Of a DNA stretch of 64,000 bases, positions 37,401-50,644 are shown in pieces. The DNA lies in the NCBI GenBank assembly GCA_000004695.1, contig CM000151.3, forward strand, positions 1,504,001 to 1,568,000. The letters are read 5' to 3'. The translations under genes and the position numbers were made by a program. Numbering within the stretch: position 1 is the stretch's first letter; each line of letters starts with the position of its first letter. The stretch comes from Dictyostelium discoideum (lineage: Eukaryota). The notes under the pieces are model-generated. The model was not told the origin of the DNA, made no database searches, and was given only the letters and a program-made list of their open reading frames with translations.

Positions 37401-40400
37401 ATTATTCATTATTGGTTCAAGGTGGTCTAAATTTAGAAAGAAATGATGAAGAGACTGTTTTAATTCATTCAGGTACAGGTGGTATAGGTTTAGCAGCAAT
37501 TGAAATATTAAAAGCAATTGGATTTAAATCATTATTATTCGTTACAGTTGGTTCAAAAGAAAAAGAACAATTTTTAAGAGATAGATATGGTTCATTTATA
37601 ACTGAAATTTATTCAACTAGAAACATTGACTATGTTAAAGATATAAAAAAGAAAATTAAAGAAATTAAAAAAGGTAAAGGTAAATTACTCACTCAATATG
37701 GTACATTATCATATGGAGTTGATTTAATTTTAAATACTTTATCAATTGAATTTATGGAATCAAATTTTTTACTTTTAAATCAAGGTGGTCGTATCGTTGA
37801 TTTATCAATCACCCATTTATCAACAACTGAAACAACTGATTATAATAAATTTAAATATTTCGTTGGTTATTCAACTGTTGAAGTAGTATCATTAGGTTTC
37901 TCAAAAGTTAAAGACTCACTTCAAATTGTTGTCAATATGATTAAAGATGGAAAATTAAAATTATTACCAATTATTGAATATCCAGTTAGTGAAATTAAAA
38001 ATGCAGTAGAGTATATTAGTGAAAGAAAACATATTGGTAAAATCGTTGTAAATTTTCAAACTACAAAAGATTTAGTACAAGATATAATTATTAAATCAAA
38101 TAATTCATTTGAAAATAATTATCTATTCCAATCACCTCAATACAATTTAAATAATACAACATTTGGTAATACTATATTAATTACTGGTCAAAAAGGATTA
38201 TCATTAACAATTATTAAATGGATATTATATTATTATCCAAATCAAGATAATAATACCAATAATAGTTTTATTAAAGATATAATAGTTTTATCAAAATCAA
38301 CAATTAATTATGAATTAGAAATTGAAATTGGAAGAGCAAGAAAAAAAGGATTAAAAACAAATATTCATTTTAAACAAGTTGATATTTCAAACAAAAATCA
38401 ATTATTCGAATCAATTGATGAATTATATAAATCAAATAAAGAATTAAAACCAATTGAAACTATATTCCATAATGCATTCGTACCAGTACAATCAGAACCT
38501 GAAGATATTGATTTACAACAATTAGTTGATTCACATGGTGCAAAAATAATTGGCGCAACCAATTTATATGATTATATTACATCAAAAGCTATGGTATTAA
38601 AGAACTATATAATTTCAGCATCAGCAACTTCTATAATGGGTTCAACAAGACAATGTGGTTATTGTTGTGCAAATGCAGTAATTGATTCATTCTCGAAATA
38701 TTTAAGAAGAAAAGGAATTCAATGTTTTTCACTAAAATATTCTCCAATTGAACAAAGTGGATATGTTGCAAGAAATGAATCTGTTGAAAAGCTATTAGCT
38801 TCAACTGGTTTAAATTCAATTTCAATTGGTACAGTTTTAGGTTCAATCGATTTAGCATTACAAAATCAAGATCAACTTAATAATAAATGTATTGTAGGTT
38901 TTGATTTCAAATTATTTTCTAAAAGACCAAATCATCTTCGATATATATTAGATTTCTACACCAATCAATATCAATCAAATAATGATGAATCTAATGATAA
39001 TGACGAATTTTCAATCAAAGATCAAATTTTAAACAAATTTTCAGAGTTATTACAAATTGAAGTTTCAAAGATTAATTTAGATATTAAAATGGTCGACTAT
39101 GGATTAGATTCATTAACAGTTGTAAATTTAAAAACATACTTGGATCAACAATTTTCATTTGGTCCAAATGTTTTATCAATTTCTCAAATTCAAAAAATTA
39201 CAATTGATCAATTATTGAATATTGTAAAAAATGAATTAAATAAAAAATCGAATTATAAAAATAATAATAATAATAAGAAATCAAATCAAAATAAACACAA
39301 ACAAATAATAGGTTCAACAATTAAGTGGGAAAATGAAATAAAATTAGATGATTCAATAATAGTAGATTTAAATGAAGATCAAATTAAAAATTATGAAAAC
39401 AATATTAATAATGAAAATGAAAATATTGTATTATTAACAGATGCAACCAGTTTTATTGGTATTTATTTATTATATGATTTAATAATTTTAGGAAATTATA
39501 AAAATGTTTATTGTTTATTAAATAATAACAATTCAAAAGAAGAAGGATTTAAAACAATCATTCAACTATTAAAAGAATACAAATTATTTGATAAATTAAC
39601 AAATGATCAAATTAATAAAATTGAAATTGTATGTGGTCACTACTCAAAAGAACAGTTTGGAATATCAAATGAAGATTATAATAACTTATCAAATCAAGTT
39701 AATATTATTTTAAATTGTGCAACTGATAGAAATTTAAATAAAAAGTATGAAGAATTTAATGAACAATTAGAAGGTATAAACCAATTTGTTAAATTTTCAT
39801 TCAATAATAAAATTAAGAAATTATTTCATTTATCAGCAATCGGGGTATACCAAGAAGATCCAAATACTGATGATGATTATTATTTACCACCATTGGAATC
39901 AATTGATAATATTAAATCTGGATATTTACAAAATAGAATTGTTCAAGAATATCGTTTAAGAAATGCAAATAAAATTCATGGATTACCAATAATGATAATT
40001 AGATTACCATTTTTATTCTCTGATGATAGTACAGGTATTGGTAGAGATAATGATGTAATTATGCTATTATTACAATCATGTTATATAATGAATACATGGC
40101 CATCAGATTTAGAGAATCAATTATTAAATTTAATACCTGTAACATTTGCAAGCAAATCAATATCATCAATTATTTCATCATTAAATGTTTGGAATCAATG
40201 CAAATCATTATCACCAATTAATAATTTAATTACATTTAATTTAGTTACAAATCAAATTTGTTTAGGTACCATTATGAATCAATTATCAAATGATCTTGGT
40301 TGGCGTAAAATTTCAACATTACAATTCATTAAAAAATTAGATATTTATGATAATGAATCTTGTAAAACATTATCATCTTTTATAAATAAAAAACTTTTCT

Positions 40401-40549
40401 TTAGTTTCTTATCTGTTGATGGTCAGTATAATTTTAATCAAGTTGTCAAAAATGAATTAATTTCAAATAATATATTTAATGGTTATAATGTTGATAAAAA
40501 TTCAATAATCAAACATTTAAGTTATACTTTTAAAAAGAAAATATTTTAA
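31421..40549 (+). CDS. Highly reducing type I iterative polyketide synthase (PKS-A), about 3015 aa if one frameshift is corrected. Exon 1 is 31421..31961, the intron is 31962..32043 (GTAAGT...AAAAAG), and exon 2 is 32044..40549. Approximate domains: KS 31430..32900, AT 33170..34050 (GHSIGE), DH about 34250..35100 (HAAKGKALFPGCGY), cMT about 35700..36400 (LEIGCGIGLLSE), ER about 37050..38050 (LIHSGTGGIGLAAIE), KR about 38150..38900 (ILITGQKGLSL), ACP about 39030..39240 (DYGLDSLTVVNLK), and a C-terminal reductase-like NAD_binding_4 domain 39420..40549.
   Basis: KS N-terminus DVAIIGIGFRLPG and active site DTACSSSL are split by the intron in phase 1. All motifs were read from the translation. There is a 1-bp deletion relative to PKS-B at about 32985 (tttattat versus tttatttat). 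It shifts the frame from 0 (ORF 32244..33020) to 2 (ORF 33098..40549). Confidence 0.8.
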
Positions 40550-43500
40550 ATTAAATATTAATAAATATTATTAAAAAATAAAAAACAAACTTTAAAATGT
40601 TTAAAATATTATCCGTATCTTCATTTTTTTTTTTTTTTTGAATCAGATAATGCAATTGTTGCTTCTCCTTAAGATATTTGTTCTCATTTTATTTAAGAGT
40701 TTATAATTCGATAGGCCTTAATTTTTATACATCCTTAAGATGCTGTTTTTTTTTTTTTTGTCTTTAATTTATACATAATAAATTAAAAAAAAAAAAATTA
40801 AAAAAAATAATATATTCGAACTACACTGTTATCAGTCTAAAATAATCCAATTTCTAAACACAAAATATCATTTTGTGTGTGAGATTTTAAATAGATTTTT
40901 TTTTGGGTCGAAATGATAATAGTTTTTTTAAAAAAAAGGTGTTAAAAAAAAAGAATCCGTTTTTTTTGAAAAGATTTTTTTTTTTTAAAAAAAGGTGGTG
41001 TAAAAAAAAAAAGAATTTTTTATTTGTTTTATTGTAATATAATCTTTTTTGCAAATAAGATTTTTTTTTTTAAGAAAAAAAAAAAAGATTTTTCTGGTGA
41101 GGCAAACGTCAAAAAAATTACTTTCACTTTAATTATTAGTTAGTTTTTTTTTTTATATCTGCAAATTAAATAATCTTTTATCAAGTAACACTAATAATTG
41201 CACTTTTTTTAAATCTTCAAAAAAAAATTTTAATCTCTTTCAAAGATTAATAAACAATCACTTTTTATTGTAAGTGTCTTTTGAAAAAAAAAAAAAAAAA
41301 AAAAAAAGAAAAATCTATTTTCATTTAATAAAAAAATAAAATAATTTATTTTCATTCTATTAAACAAAAAAACTATTCTATTTTAAATATTATTATTAAT
41401 TAAATTTAATATTTATTTTTAATTAATTATTTGTTTTTTTTTTTTTCCCATATATATAATGGATATTAAATTAAAAAATAATGATAAATATAGTGACAGA
41501 GATGTTGCGATAATTGGTATTGGCTTTAGATTACCAGGTAATAGTAATCGTGGAACAGAATTATGGCAAAATTTATTGAATGGATTTGATGGTATCGTTG
41601 AAACATCTGATAGATGGTCAGATTCTTTTAAAGATTTAGGTGAAATTCATTGTAAAGATGCTGGTTTAGTAGAGTTGGAGGATTGGGAGTCCTTTGATCC
41701 AATTCATTTTGGTATTAATCCTGCCGAAGCTAAACAAATTGATCCACAACAAAAACTATTATTAAAATCAACATGGGAAGCTTTTGAAGATGCTGGAATT
41801 GATCCATTATCATTACGTGGTACATATACAAGTGTATTCGTTGGTGCATCTGCTTCTGATTACTCAACATCGATGCCAGAGAATTATGAAAAGCCAAACT
41901 TTAATGTTTTCAATTCAACAACTGGTAGTATTGCAAATAGAATATCATATTGTTTTGATTTTCGAGGTCCATCATTAACTGTCGATACTGCATGTTCAAG
42001 TAAGTATTTCTTTTTTTTTTTTCTTTTTTAAAAAGGAAAGGGTCTAATATTTATATATATATATATTTTTTAAAAAAAAAGGTTCATTAAATGCATGTTT
42101 ATTAGGTTACAAATCAATTATTAATGGAGAGTGTAATTATTCAATCGTATCAGGTTGTAATTTTATATTCAATCCCCATATTAGTAGAGGATTTACAACT
42201 ATTAATATCATTGGTAAAAGTGGTAGATGTAAAGCATTCGATGAATCAGCTGATGGTTTTGTACGTGCCGAAGGTGTTGCAGTGTTAATATTAAAAAAGT
42301 TATCAATGGCAATCAATGATGGTGATCAAATTTATTCAATCATTCGTGGTGGTAATTCAAATGTTGATGGTACATTAAATAAAGGTAATTTTATGAAACC
42401 ATCAAAATCTGCACAATCAAATAATATCATTAAAGCATTTGAATCAACAAATGGATCCATTCAACCATCCGATATTGATTTCTTTGAATTACATGGTACT
42501 GGTACACCAACAGGCGATCCGATTGAAGTAGAAGCAGTTTCAGATATTTTTAAGTCTGTCAAATTAAGTTCAAATCCATTATTAATTGGCTCAATTAAAT
42601 CAAATATTGGTCATTTAGAACCAGCATCGGGTGTTGCATCATTAATGAAAATTTGTTTAATGTTTAAACATCGTCAGTTTATTAAAAACATTCATTTTAA
42701 TAAACCAAATGGTGACATTAAATTTGAAGAATGGAAAGTTAAAGTAAGTACAGAGAATACACCATTCCCACAAAACAAACAAGTATCAATTGCAATCAAT
42801 AGTTTTGGTATTACTGGTTCAAATGTTTGTTTGCTATTAAGTGAATATACAAACCAATCTAATGACGCACTTACCATAACATCATCAACATCACCAACAT
42901 TATCAAATGATTTTAAATATTTAATACCAATTTCAGCAAATTCCAAAAAATCATTAGACGATATTAAAGAAGAGTTAATTAATAATTCATCAGAATTATC
43001 AAAGAATTTACCATTTAAAGATTTTATTTATAATCAAATTTATTCAAAATCAACAACATTAATCCAAAGATCAGTTATTTTTGCAAATGATTGGAATGAT
43101 TTAAATTCAAATACTCAAATCATATCAACCAAAGGTAACATGTCTGGCAATTTTGTAAAATCTGCCGAGGATGGTGGTAACCAAAATGATCAAAGCAATG
43201 ATAATATTCTTGTTTTTGTATTTTGTGGCCAAGGACCTCAATGGAATAAAATGGGCAATGAGCTTTATAAAAACTCACCAAAATTCAGAGAAACAATGGA
43301 TTTAATCGATTCAATTTTTGAAAAACATTTTAAATACTCAATTCTATCAAAATTAAGATCAATCCAAGATGATGATAAAATTAGCATTAATGAACCAACA
43401 ATGGCACAATCATCGATTTTAATGATTCAAATATCATTATTTGAATTATATAAACATTGGGGTATTATACCAACAATCATTATAGGTCATTCACTTGGTG

Positions 43501-44024
43501 AAATATCAGCAGCCTATTGTTCAGGTATGATTAACTTAGAAACAGCATGTGAAATCATTTACAAAAGAAGTACACTTCAAAAACAAACAGTTGGATTAGG
43601 TAAAATGTTAGCAATTGGATTAAATGAAAAACAATTTAAAGATCAATTTTCATCATCATCAAATGTTGAAATCGTTTGTTACAATTCACCATCATCAATT
43701 GTTGTTTGTGGTGATGGAATTGAATTAGAAAAAATATCAAATTCATTAAAAGAAAAACAAATATTTTCATTTTTATTAGAATCACCATCACCATACCATT
43801 CATCAAAACAAGAATTAATTAAAGATCAAGTTTTAGAATCAACCAATAATATTAAATCAAACAAACCAAACATTCCAATATTTAGCACAGTAACAGGTGA
43901 ATTATTCAAACTTGGCCAAGACAATCAATTTAATTCTCAATACATATATGAAAATACTAGAAATGCAGTATTATTTGAAAAAGCAATTGAAAACATTTTC
44001 AAATACATTGAAACAAATAATCTT

Positions 44025-44160
44025 GGTAAAAATATTCAATTGGTAAAAATATTCAATTGGTAAAAATATTCAATTGGTAAAAATATTCAATTGGTAAAAA
44101 TATTCAATTGGTAAAAATATTCAATTGGTAAAAATATTCAATTGGTAAAAATATTCAATA
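44025..44160. repeat. Tandem array of a 17-bp unit ggtaaaaatattcaatt: 7 perfect copies plus 1 terminal variant. It sits at the deletion/inversion junction inside PKS-B.
   Basis: Units begin at 44025, 44042, 44059, 44076, 44093, 44110, 44127 and 44144. The unit is present once in the intact paralog (PKS-A 34012..34028, ..cttggtaaaaatattcaatttttag..). Confidence 0.9.
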
Positions 44161-44693
44161 TTGTAAATTTACCATGTGCAGATAATATCCATTTACCAGT
44201 TTTATTATCTTTATAATTGAATACAACTCTATATTCATTTTTACCACTTGAATAAATGTTTGTGGTTAAACATTGTTTAATTCCTTCGATTAATTGTAAT
44301 GGTGATTTAAATTCCATACTATGAATTGTTAAATCTTGGTTTGGGAATGCTCTTAAAACATTATCAATATAACCACAACCTGGAAATAATGCTTTACCTT
44401 TTGCTGCGTGACCTTTTAAAAATCTAAATGGTTCTTCTGCAATATCAATATATGATGTATATGATATAAATGGTGATTGTTCATTACGAATACCAAGTTG
44501 ATTAGTTGAAAAACCATTCTTTTTATAATTAAATACCGATTGTGATTGAGTGAAATAAATTCCATCATCAAATTTATAATGTGGTAAATAATAAGATGCT
44601 TTTTTAAATTGAATAGTTTCATTTCTGCTTGGTTCATTTAATTGACTTTTAAAATTAACATTATTAAAATGACAATTTTCATATATGTATTGA
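44161..44693 (-). other. Inverted (minus-orientation) fragment of the PKS DH-domain coding sequence inside PKS-B.
   Basis: Reverse-complement translation gives ...NEPSRNETIQFKKASYYLPHYKFDDGIYFTQSQS..FRFLKGHAAKGKALFPGCGYIDNVLRAFPN.DLTI.SMEFKSPLQL.EG.KQCLTTNIYSSGKNEYRVVFNYKDNKTGKWILSAHGKFTI. It is collinear with PKS-A 34190..34715. Confidence 0.85.
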
Positions 44694-47600
44694 CAATTAT
44701 ATACTCCTTATATAAAACAAAATGATATTATTAAAGATATTATAACAAATTCAGTTAAACCAATTTTAAATGAAAAAATTAAATTTAGAATATTAGAGAT
44801 TGGTTGTGGTATTGGTTTATTATCAGAAATCATTATCAATCAAATAAATTTATTATTTAAAGAGAATCCATTATCAGAAATTAGTATCGAATTCACTTAT
44901 TCAGATTCAACATTTATACAAGCTGTTAAAGATAAAATTCAACAAATGATTCCAGAATCAACATTATTATCATTTAAAACTTTATTTAAAACTATTAATA
45001 TAAATGAAGATTTATTAGATCAAAATTTCAAACCATCTTATTATGATATTATTATTGTTAATGGTGTTAATTATTTAAATAAAGATAAACAACTCAATTC
45101 AACAATCAATAATATCAATCAAATTTTAATTTCAAATGGTTATTTAATTATAATGGATACACATTATAAATCAAAAGTAGTCGATAAACAAATTGAATTA
45201 TATGAACAATGGTTATCATTTAATTTCAAATCTAACAACAACAACAATAATGATAATTTAACAAATGAACAATGGAATAATTTATTAGTTAATAAATTAA
45301 AATTTAAAGAATTCATATCAACATCATATGAACCATATTTATTATTTGTTCAAAAACCAACGATTGATGAAATCGTATTATCAAGTCAACAAAAGATATC
45401 AAAGTTAATATCATCATATGATCAAATTATTAAATTTGATTCAAATTTAGGTCACAAAGATAATATAATTTCAGATATATTAAATGATGGTAGTTTTGGT
45501 GTTGTAAGAATTACATCAATTGAGCAATTTGAAAAACATGTTGAAACAAATCCATTGACAGATAACTCGTTAATTCTTTTCTTTAGTTCAGTTAACGATT
45601 TAAATGAAATTAATTTTAATCAAGTTACATTTGAATATATTAAAATCAATCAATATTTATTAAAGACCAAATGTAAATGTAAACATATATTAGTTTCAAA
45701 GAATTCTCAAACATCTGCTGACGATGAAAATACATGTTCGAATTATTTAGGTACTTCAGTAATTGGTGCATTTAAATACTTTTCAGAATATATTGATTTA
45801 AATATATATTCAATCGATTATGGTTCAGATATTTATGAAATTAATTTAAATGATTTAATACTTCATAATGAATTAACAAATCCTTTAAAACATATACAAA
45901 GAGAATATATTATAAGAGATAATAAAATATACTATGAACATTTAAAATTAGAATCAAATATTAAAATGAAATATAAATCAAATTCATTCATTAAAGATAC
46001 AAACAAATTAATGACAAAAGTTGAACCTCAAACATTAGAATTTAAATTATTAGCAAAAAGAGAATTAAAAGAAGATGAAGTCGAAGTTAGGGTTTTAGCA
46101 AGTGGTATTAATTTTAAAGACAATTTAACTTATCGTGGTTTAGTACCAAAAGAAGCAACAAATGAAATAGGTGATTCAACTGATCCACAAATTGGTTGGG
46201 AATGTTCAGGTATTATCACTAGAATTGGTAAAAAAGTAAATAAATTTAAAATTGGTGATTCAGTATTAGGTACTTGTTTTCATTCAGTAGCATCACATGT
46301 AATTACAAATCAAGATAGATTTGTATTAAAACCAGATTGTTTATCATATGTCGAAGCTGCTTCAATTCCATTGGTTTATATCACATCATATTATTCATTA
46401 TTGGTTCAAGGTAATTTGGATTTTGAGGGTGATGAAGAGACTGTTTTAATTCATTCAGGTACAGGTGGTATAGGTTTAGCAGCAATTGAAATATTAAAAG
46501 CAATTGGATTTAAATCATTATTATTCGTTACAGTTGGTTCAAAAGAAAAAGAACAATTTTTAAGAGATAGATATGGTTCATTTATAACTGAAATTTATTC
46601 AACTAGAAATACTGACTATGTTCAAGATATAAAAAAGAAAATTAAAGAAATTAAAAAAGGCAAAGGCAAATCACTCACTCAATATGGTACCTTATCATAT
46701 GGAGTTGATTTAATTTTAAATACTTTATCAATTGAATTTATGGAATCAAATTTTTTACTTTTAAATCAAGGTGGTCGTATCGTTGATTTATCAATCACCC
46801 ATTTATCAACAACTGAAACAACTGATTATAATAAATTTAAATATTTCATTGGTTATTCAACTGTTGAAGTTATGACACCAAGTTTCTCAAAAGTTAAAAA
46901 AACACTTCAAATTGTTGTCAATATGATTAAAGATGGAAAATTAAAATTATTACCAATTATTGAATATTCAGTTAGTGAAATTAAAAATGCAGTAGAGTAT
47001 ATTAGTGAAAGAAAACATATTGGTAAAATCGTTGTAAATTTTCAAACTACTGAAAATGTAGTACAAGATTCAATTATTAAATTAAATAATTCATTTGAAA
47101 ATAATTATCTATTCCAATCACCTCAATACAATTTAAATAATACAACATTTGGTAATACTATATTAATTACTGGTCAAAAAGGATTATCATTAACAATTAT
47201 TAAATGGATATTATATTATTATCCAAATCAAGATAATAATACCAATAATAGTTTTATTAAAGATATAATAGTTTTATCAAAATCAACAATTAATTATGAA
47301 TTAGAAATTGAAATTGGAAGAGCAAGAAAAAAAGGATTAAAAACAAATATTCATTTTAAACAAGTTGATATTTCAAACAAAAATCAATTATTCGAATCAA
47401 TTGATGAATTATATAAATCAAATAAAGAATTAAAACCAATTGAAACTATATTCCATAATGCATTCGTACCAGTACAATCAGAACCTGAAGATATTGATTT
47501 ACAACAAATTATTGATTCAAATAGTGCAAAAACAATTGGTGCAATCAATTTATATGATTATATTAGTTCAAAAGCTATGGTATTAAAGAATTATATAATT

Positions 47601-50600
47601 TCATCATCAATGGCATCTGTAATGGGTTCAACAAGACAATGTGGTTATTGTTGTGCAAATGCAGTAATTGATTCATTCTCGAAATATTTAAGAAGAAAAG
47701 GAATTCAATGTTTTTCATTAAAATATTCAATAATTGAACAAAGTGGATATGTCGCAAGAAATGAATCTGTTGAAAAGCTATTTACAACCACTGGTTTAAA
47801 TACTATTTCAATCGGTACAGTTTTAGGTTCAATCGATTTAGCATTACAAAATCAAGATCAACTTAATAATAAATGTATTGTAGGCTTTGATTTTCAACTA
47901 GTTTCTAAAAGATCAAATCATCTTCAATATAAATTAGATTTCTATACCAATCAATATCAATCAAATAATGATGAATCTAATGATAATGATGAATTTTCAA
48001 TCAAAGATCAAATTTTAAATAAATTTTCAGAGTTATTACAAATTGAAGTTTCAAAGATTAATTTAGATATTAAAATGGTCGATTATGGATTAGATTCATT
48101 AACAGTTGTAAATTTAAAAACATACTTGGATCAACAATTTGTAATCGGACCAAATGTTTTATCAATTTCTCAAATTCAAAAAATTACAATTAATCAGTTA
48201 ATTAATTTTGTAAAAAATGAATTAAATAAAAAATCAAATTATAAAAATAATAATAATAATTTAAATAAAAATAAGAAATCAAATCAAAATAAACAGAAAC
48301 AAATAATAGGTTCAACAATTAATTGGGAAAATGAAATAAAATTAGATGATTCAATAATAGGTTTAAATGGAAATCAAATAATTTTTAATAATGAAAATGA
48401 AAATATTGTATTATTAACAGATGCAACTAGTTTTATTGGTATTTATTTATTAAATGATTTAATAATTTTAGGAAATTATAAAAAAGTTTATTGTTTAATA
48501 AATAATAACAATTCAAAAGAAGAAGGATTTAAAACAATCATTCAACTATTAAAAGAATACAAATTATTTGATAAATTAACAAATGATCAAATTAATAGAA
48601 TTGAAATTGTATGTGGTCACTACTCAAAAGAACAATTTGGAATATCAAATGAAGACTATAATAACTTATCAAATCAAGTTAATATTATTTTAAATTGTAC
48701 AACTGATAGAAATTTAAATAAAAAGTATGAAGAATTTAATGAACAATTAGAAGGTATAAACCAATTTGTTAAATTTTCATTAAAAAATAAAATTAAGAAA
48801 TTAATTCATTTATCAGCAATTGGAGTTTATCAAGAAGATCCAAATACTGATGATGATTATTATTTACCACCATTGGAATCAATTGATAATATTAAATCTG
48901 GATATTTACAAAATAGAATTGTTCAAGAATATCGTTTAAGAAATGCAAATAAAATTCATGGATTACCAATAATGATAATAAGATTACCATTTTTATTCTC
49001 TGATAATAACACAGGTATTGGTAGAGATAATGATATTGTTATGCTATTATTACAATCTTGTTATCTAATGAATACATGGCCATCGGAATTAGAGAATCAA
49101 TTTTTAAATTTAGTACCGGTAACATTTGCGAGCAAATCGATATCATCAATAACCATATCTTCAAATGTTTGGAATCAATGTAAATCATTATCACCAATTA
49201 ATAATTTAATTACATTTAATTTAATTGTTGATCATATTTCTTTTGGTACCATTATGAACCAATTATCAAATGATCTTGGTTGGCGTAAAATTTCAACATT
49301 ACAATTCATTAAAAAATTAGATATTTATGATAATGAATCTTGTAAAACATTATCATCATTCATAAAGAATCAAAATTTCTTTAATAGTTTATCTATTGAT
49401 GGTCAGTATAATTTTAATCAAGCTATCAAAAATGAATTAATTTCAAAAAATATATTTAATGGTTATAATGTTGATAAAAATTCAATAATCAAACATTTAA
49501 GTTATACTTTTAAAAAGAAAATATTATAAACTAAATATAAAAAAATTAAAAAAACACAGTCAAAGGTTTGTGTTTTTTTATTTTTTATTAATTAAAATCA
49601 AGTTTTTTTTTTTTTTTTTTTTTCGCCATTTTTAAAATTTTTTTTTTCTTTCTTTTTTTTATTTATTTTCTTATTCTTTTAAATAGACACTGGAGAAGTT
49701 TTGTTTTTTTTTTGATGAATAAAAAAAAAAAAAATAAAAAATTTAAAAAAAAAAAACCATCATTGAAACTAAGGGTAAAAGTATTACTTTTAAATTCAAA
49801 ATAAAAAATAAAAATAATACCAAATAAAATAAAACCACAACCAAAAATAAAAAAAAAAAAAATTAAAAATTAATTTAATGAAATTTTGTAAAATTAAATT
49901 CGATAAATTAATTTTTAATTTTATATCTAATTCTAAACTTTAGATTTTTACCAAACCAGCATAACTCAATTTTATAAAATTCTTTATACTTTTTTTTTTT
50001 TTAAAAACTTCTCAAATATATTTTTTTTTTTATAATACCCATACCACTTCAGCACCTTGTGAATATATTTTTTTTTTCTAATAATATAAAAAAAATTTTA
50101 ACACATCCAAATTGATCAGTTTTCTCAAAATGGCTAAATTTTTGATCAAAAAAAAAAAAAAAAAAGCATTGGAGTATAGGTTGTTTGGTTACCCCTAAGT
50201 AAATTGGGTGAAAAAAAAAAAGTAGTTTGGTATTACTGAACACACAATGTTGTGTTTACATATAAATATATAATAAAAAAATAATAATTAAAAAAAAAAA
50301 TAATTAAAAAAAAAATAATTAAAAAAAAAATAATTAAAAAAAATTATATAATTGAAAAAAAAAAAAAAAAAGAACACCACACCCAAAATAATTTTCTTTC
50401 TTTTAAAAAAAAAAATTAATTATAAACAATAAATAAACATTAAGAGAAAGAAAATTAAAAAAAGAAAATAAATATCGCATCAGGGAAATCACCGATGCAA
50501 TTTTCGTCATCAAAACAATCAAAAAATAAATTTTTTAAAAAATTCACAAAAAAAAAAAATTTCAAAAACCAAAATTTTTTTTTTTTTTTTTTTTTTTTTA

Positions 50601-50644
50601 TTCATTATTTCAAACCTTAACAAAAGGAAAATCTTCACACCAAA

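Larger units (their letters stand above)
41459..49529 (+). pseudogene. Tandem paralog PKS-B, over 90% identical to PKS-A but internally rearranged. Exon 1 is 41459..41999, the intron is 42000..42081, and the KS-AT part runs to about 44040. It is then interrupted by a 17-bp tandem array, a 533-bp inverted DH fragment, and a deletion. The cMT-ER-KR-ACP-R* portion resumes in forward orientation at about 44694 and runs to 49529.
   Basis: The 5' ORF ends ...ETNNLGKNIQLVKIFNW* inside the repeat array. Segment 44161..44693 is the reverse complement of the PKS-A-equivalent region at about 34190..34715 (DH motif HAAKGKALFPGCGY encoded on the minus strand). The sequence 44694 onward corresponds to PKS-A 35707 onward (YTPYIKQNDIIKD...). 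PKS-A equivalents at about 34030..34190 and about 34715..35705 are absent. Confidence 0.7.

Noticed and set aside
42692-42946. Minus-strand ORFs inside the PKS genes (32294..32524, 33960..34184, 42692..42946, 47575..47757 and others)
   Set aside because: They are antisense-frame artefacts inside long, motif-rich forward PKS reading frames.
44025-44160. Considered whether the 17-bp direct-repeat array could be a CRISPR-like array
   Set aside because: The units abut with no spacers, the context is eukaryotic coding sequence, and the unit is simply a duplicated slice of the PKS gene.
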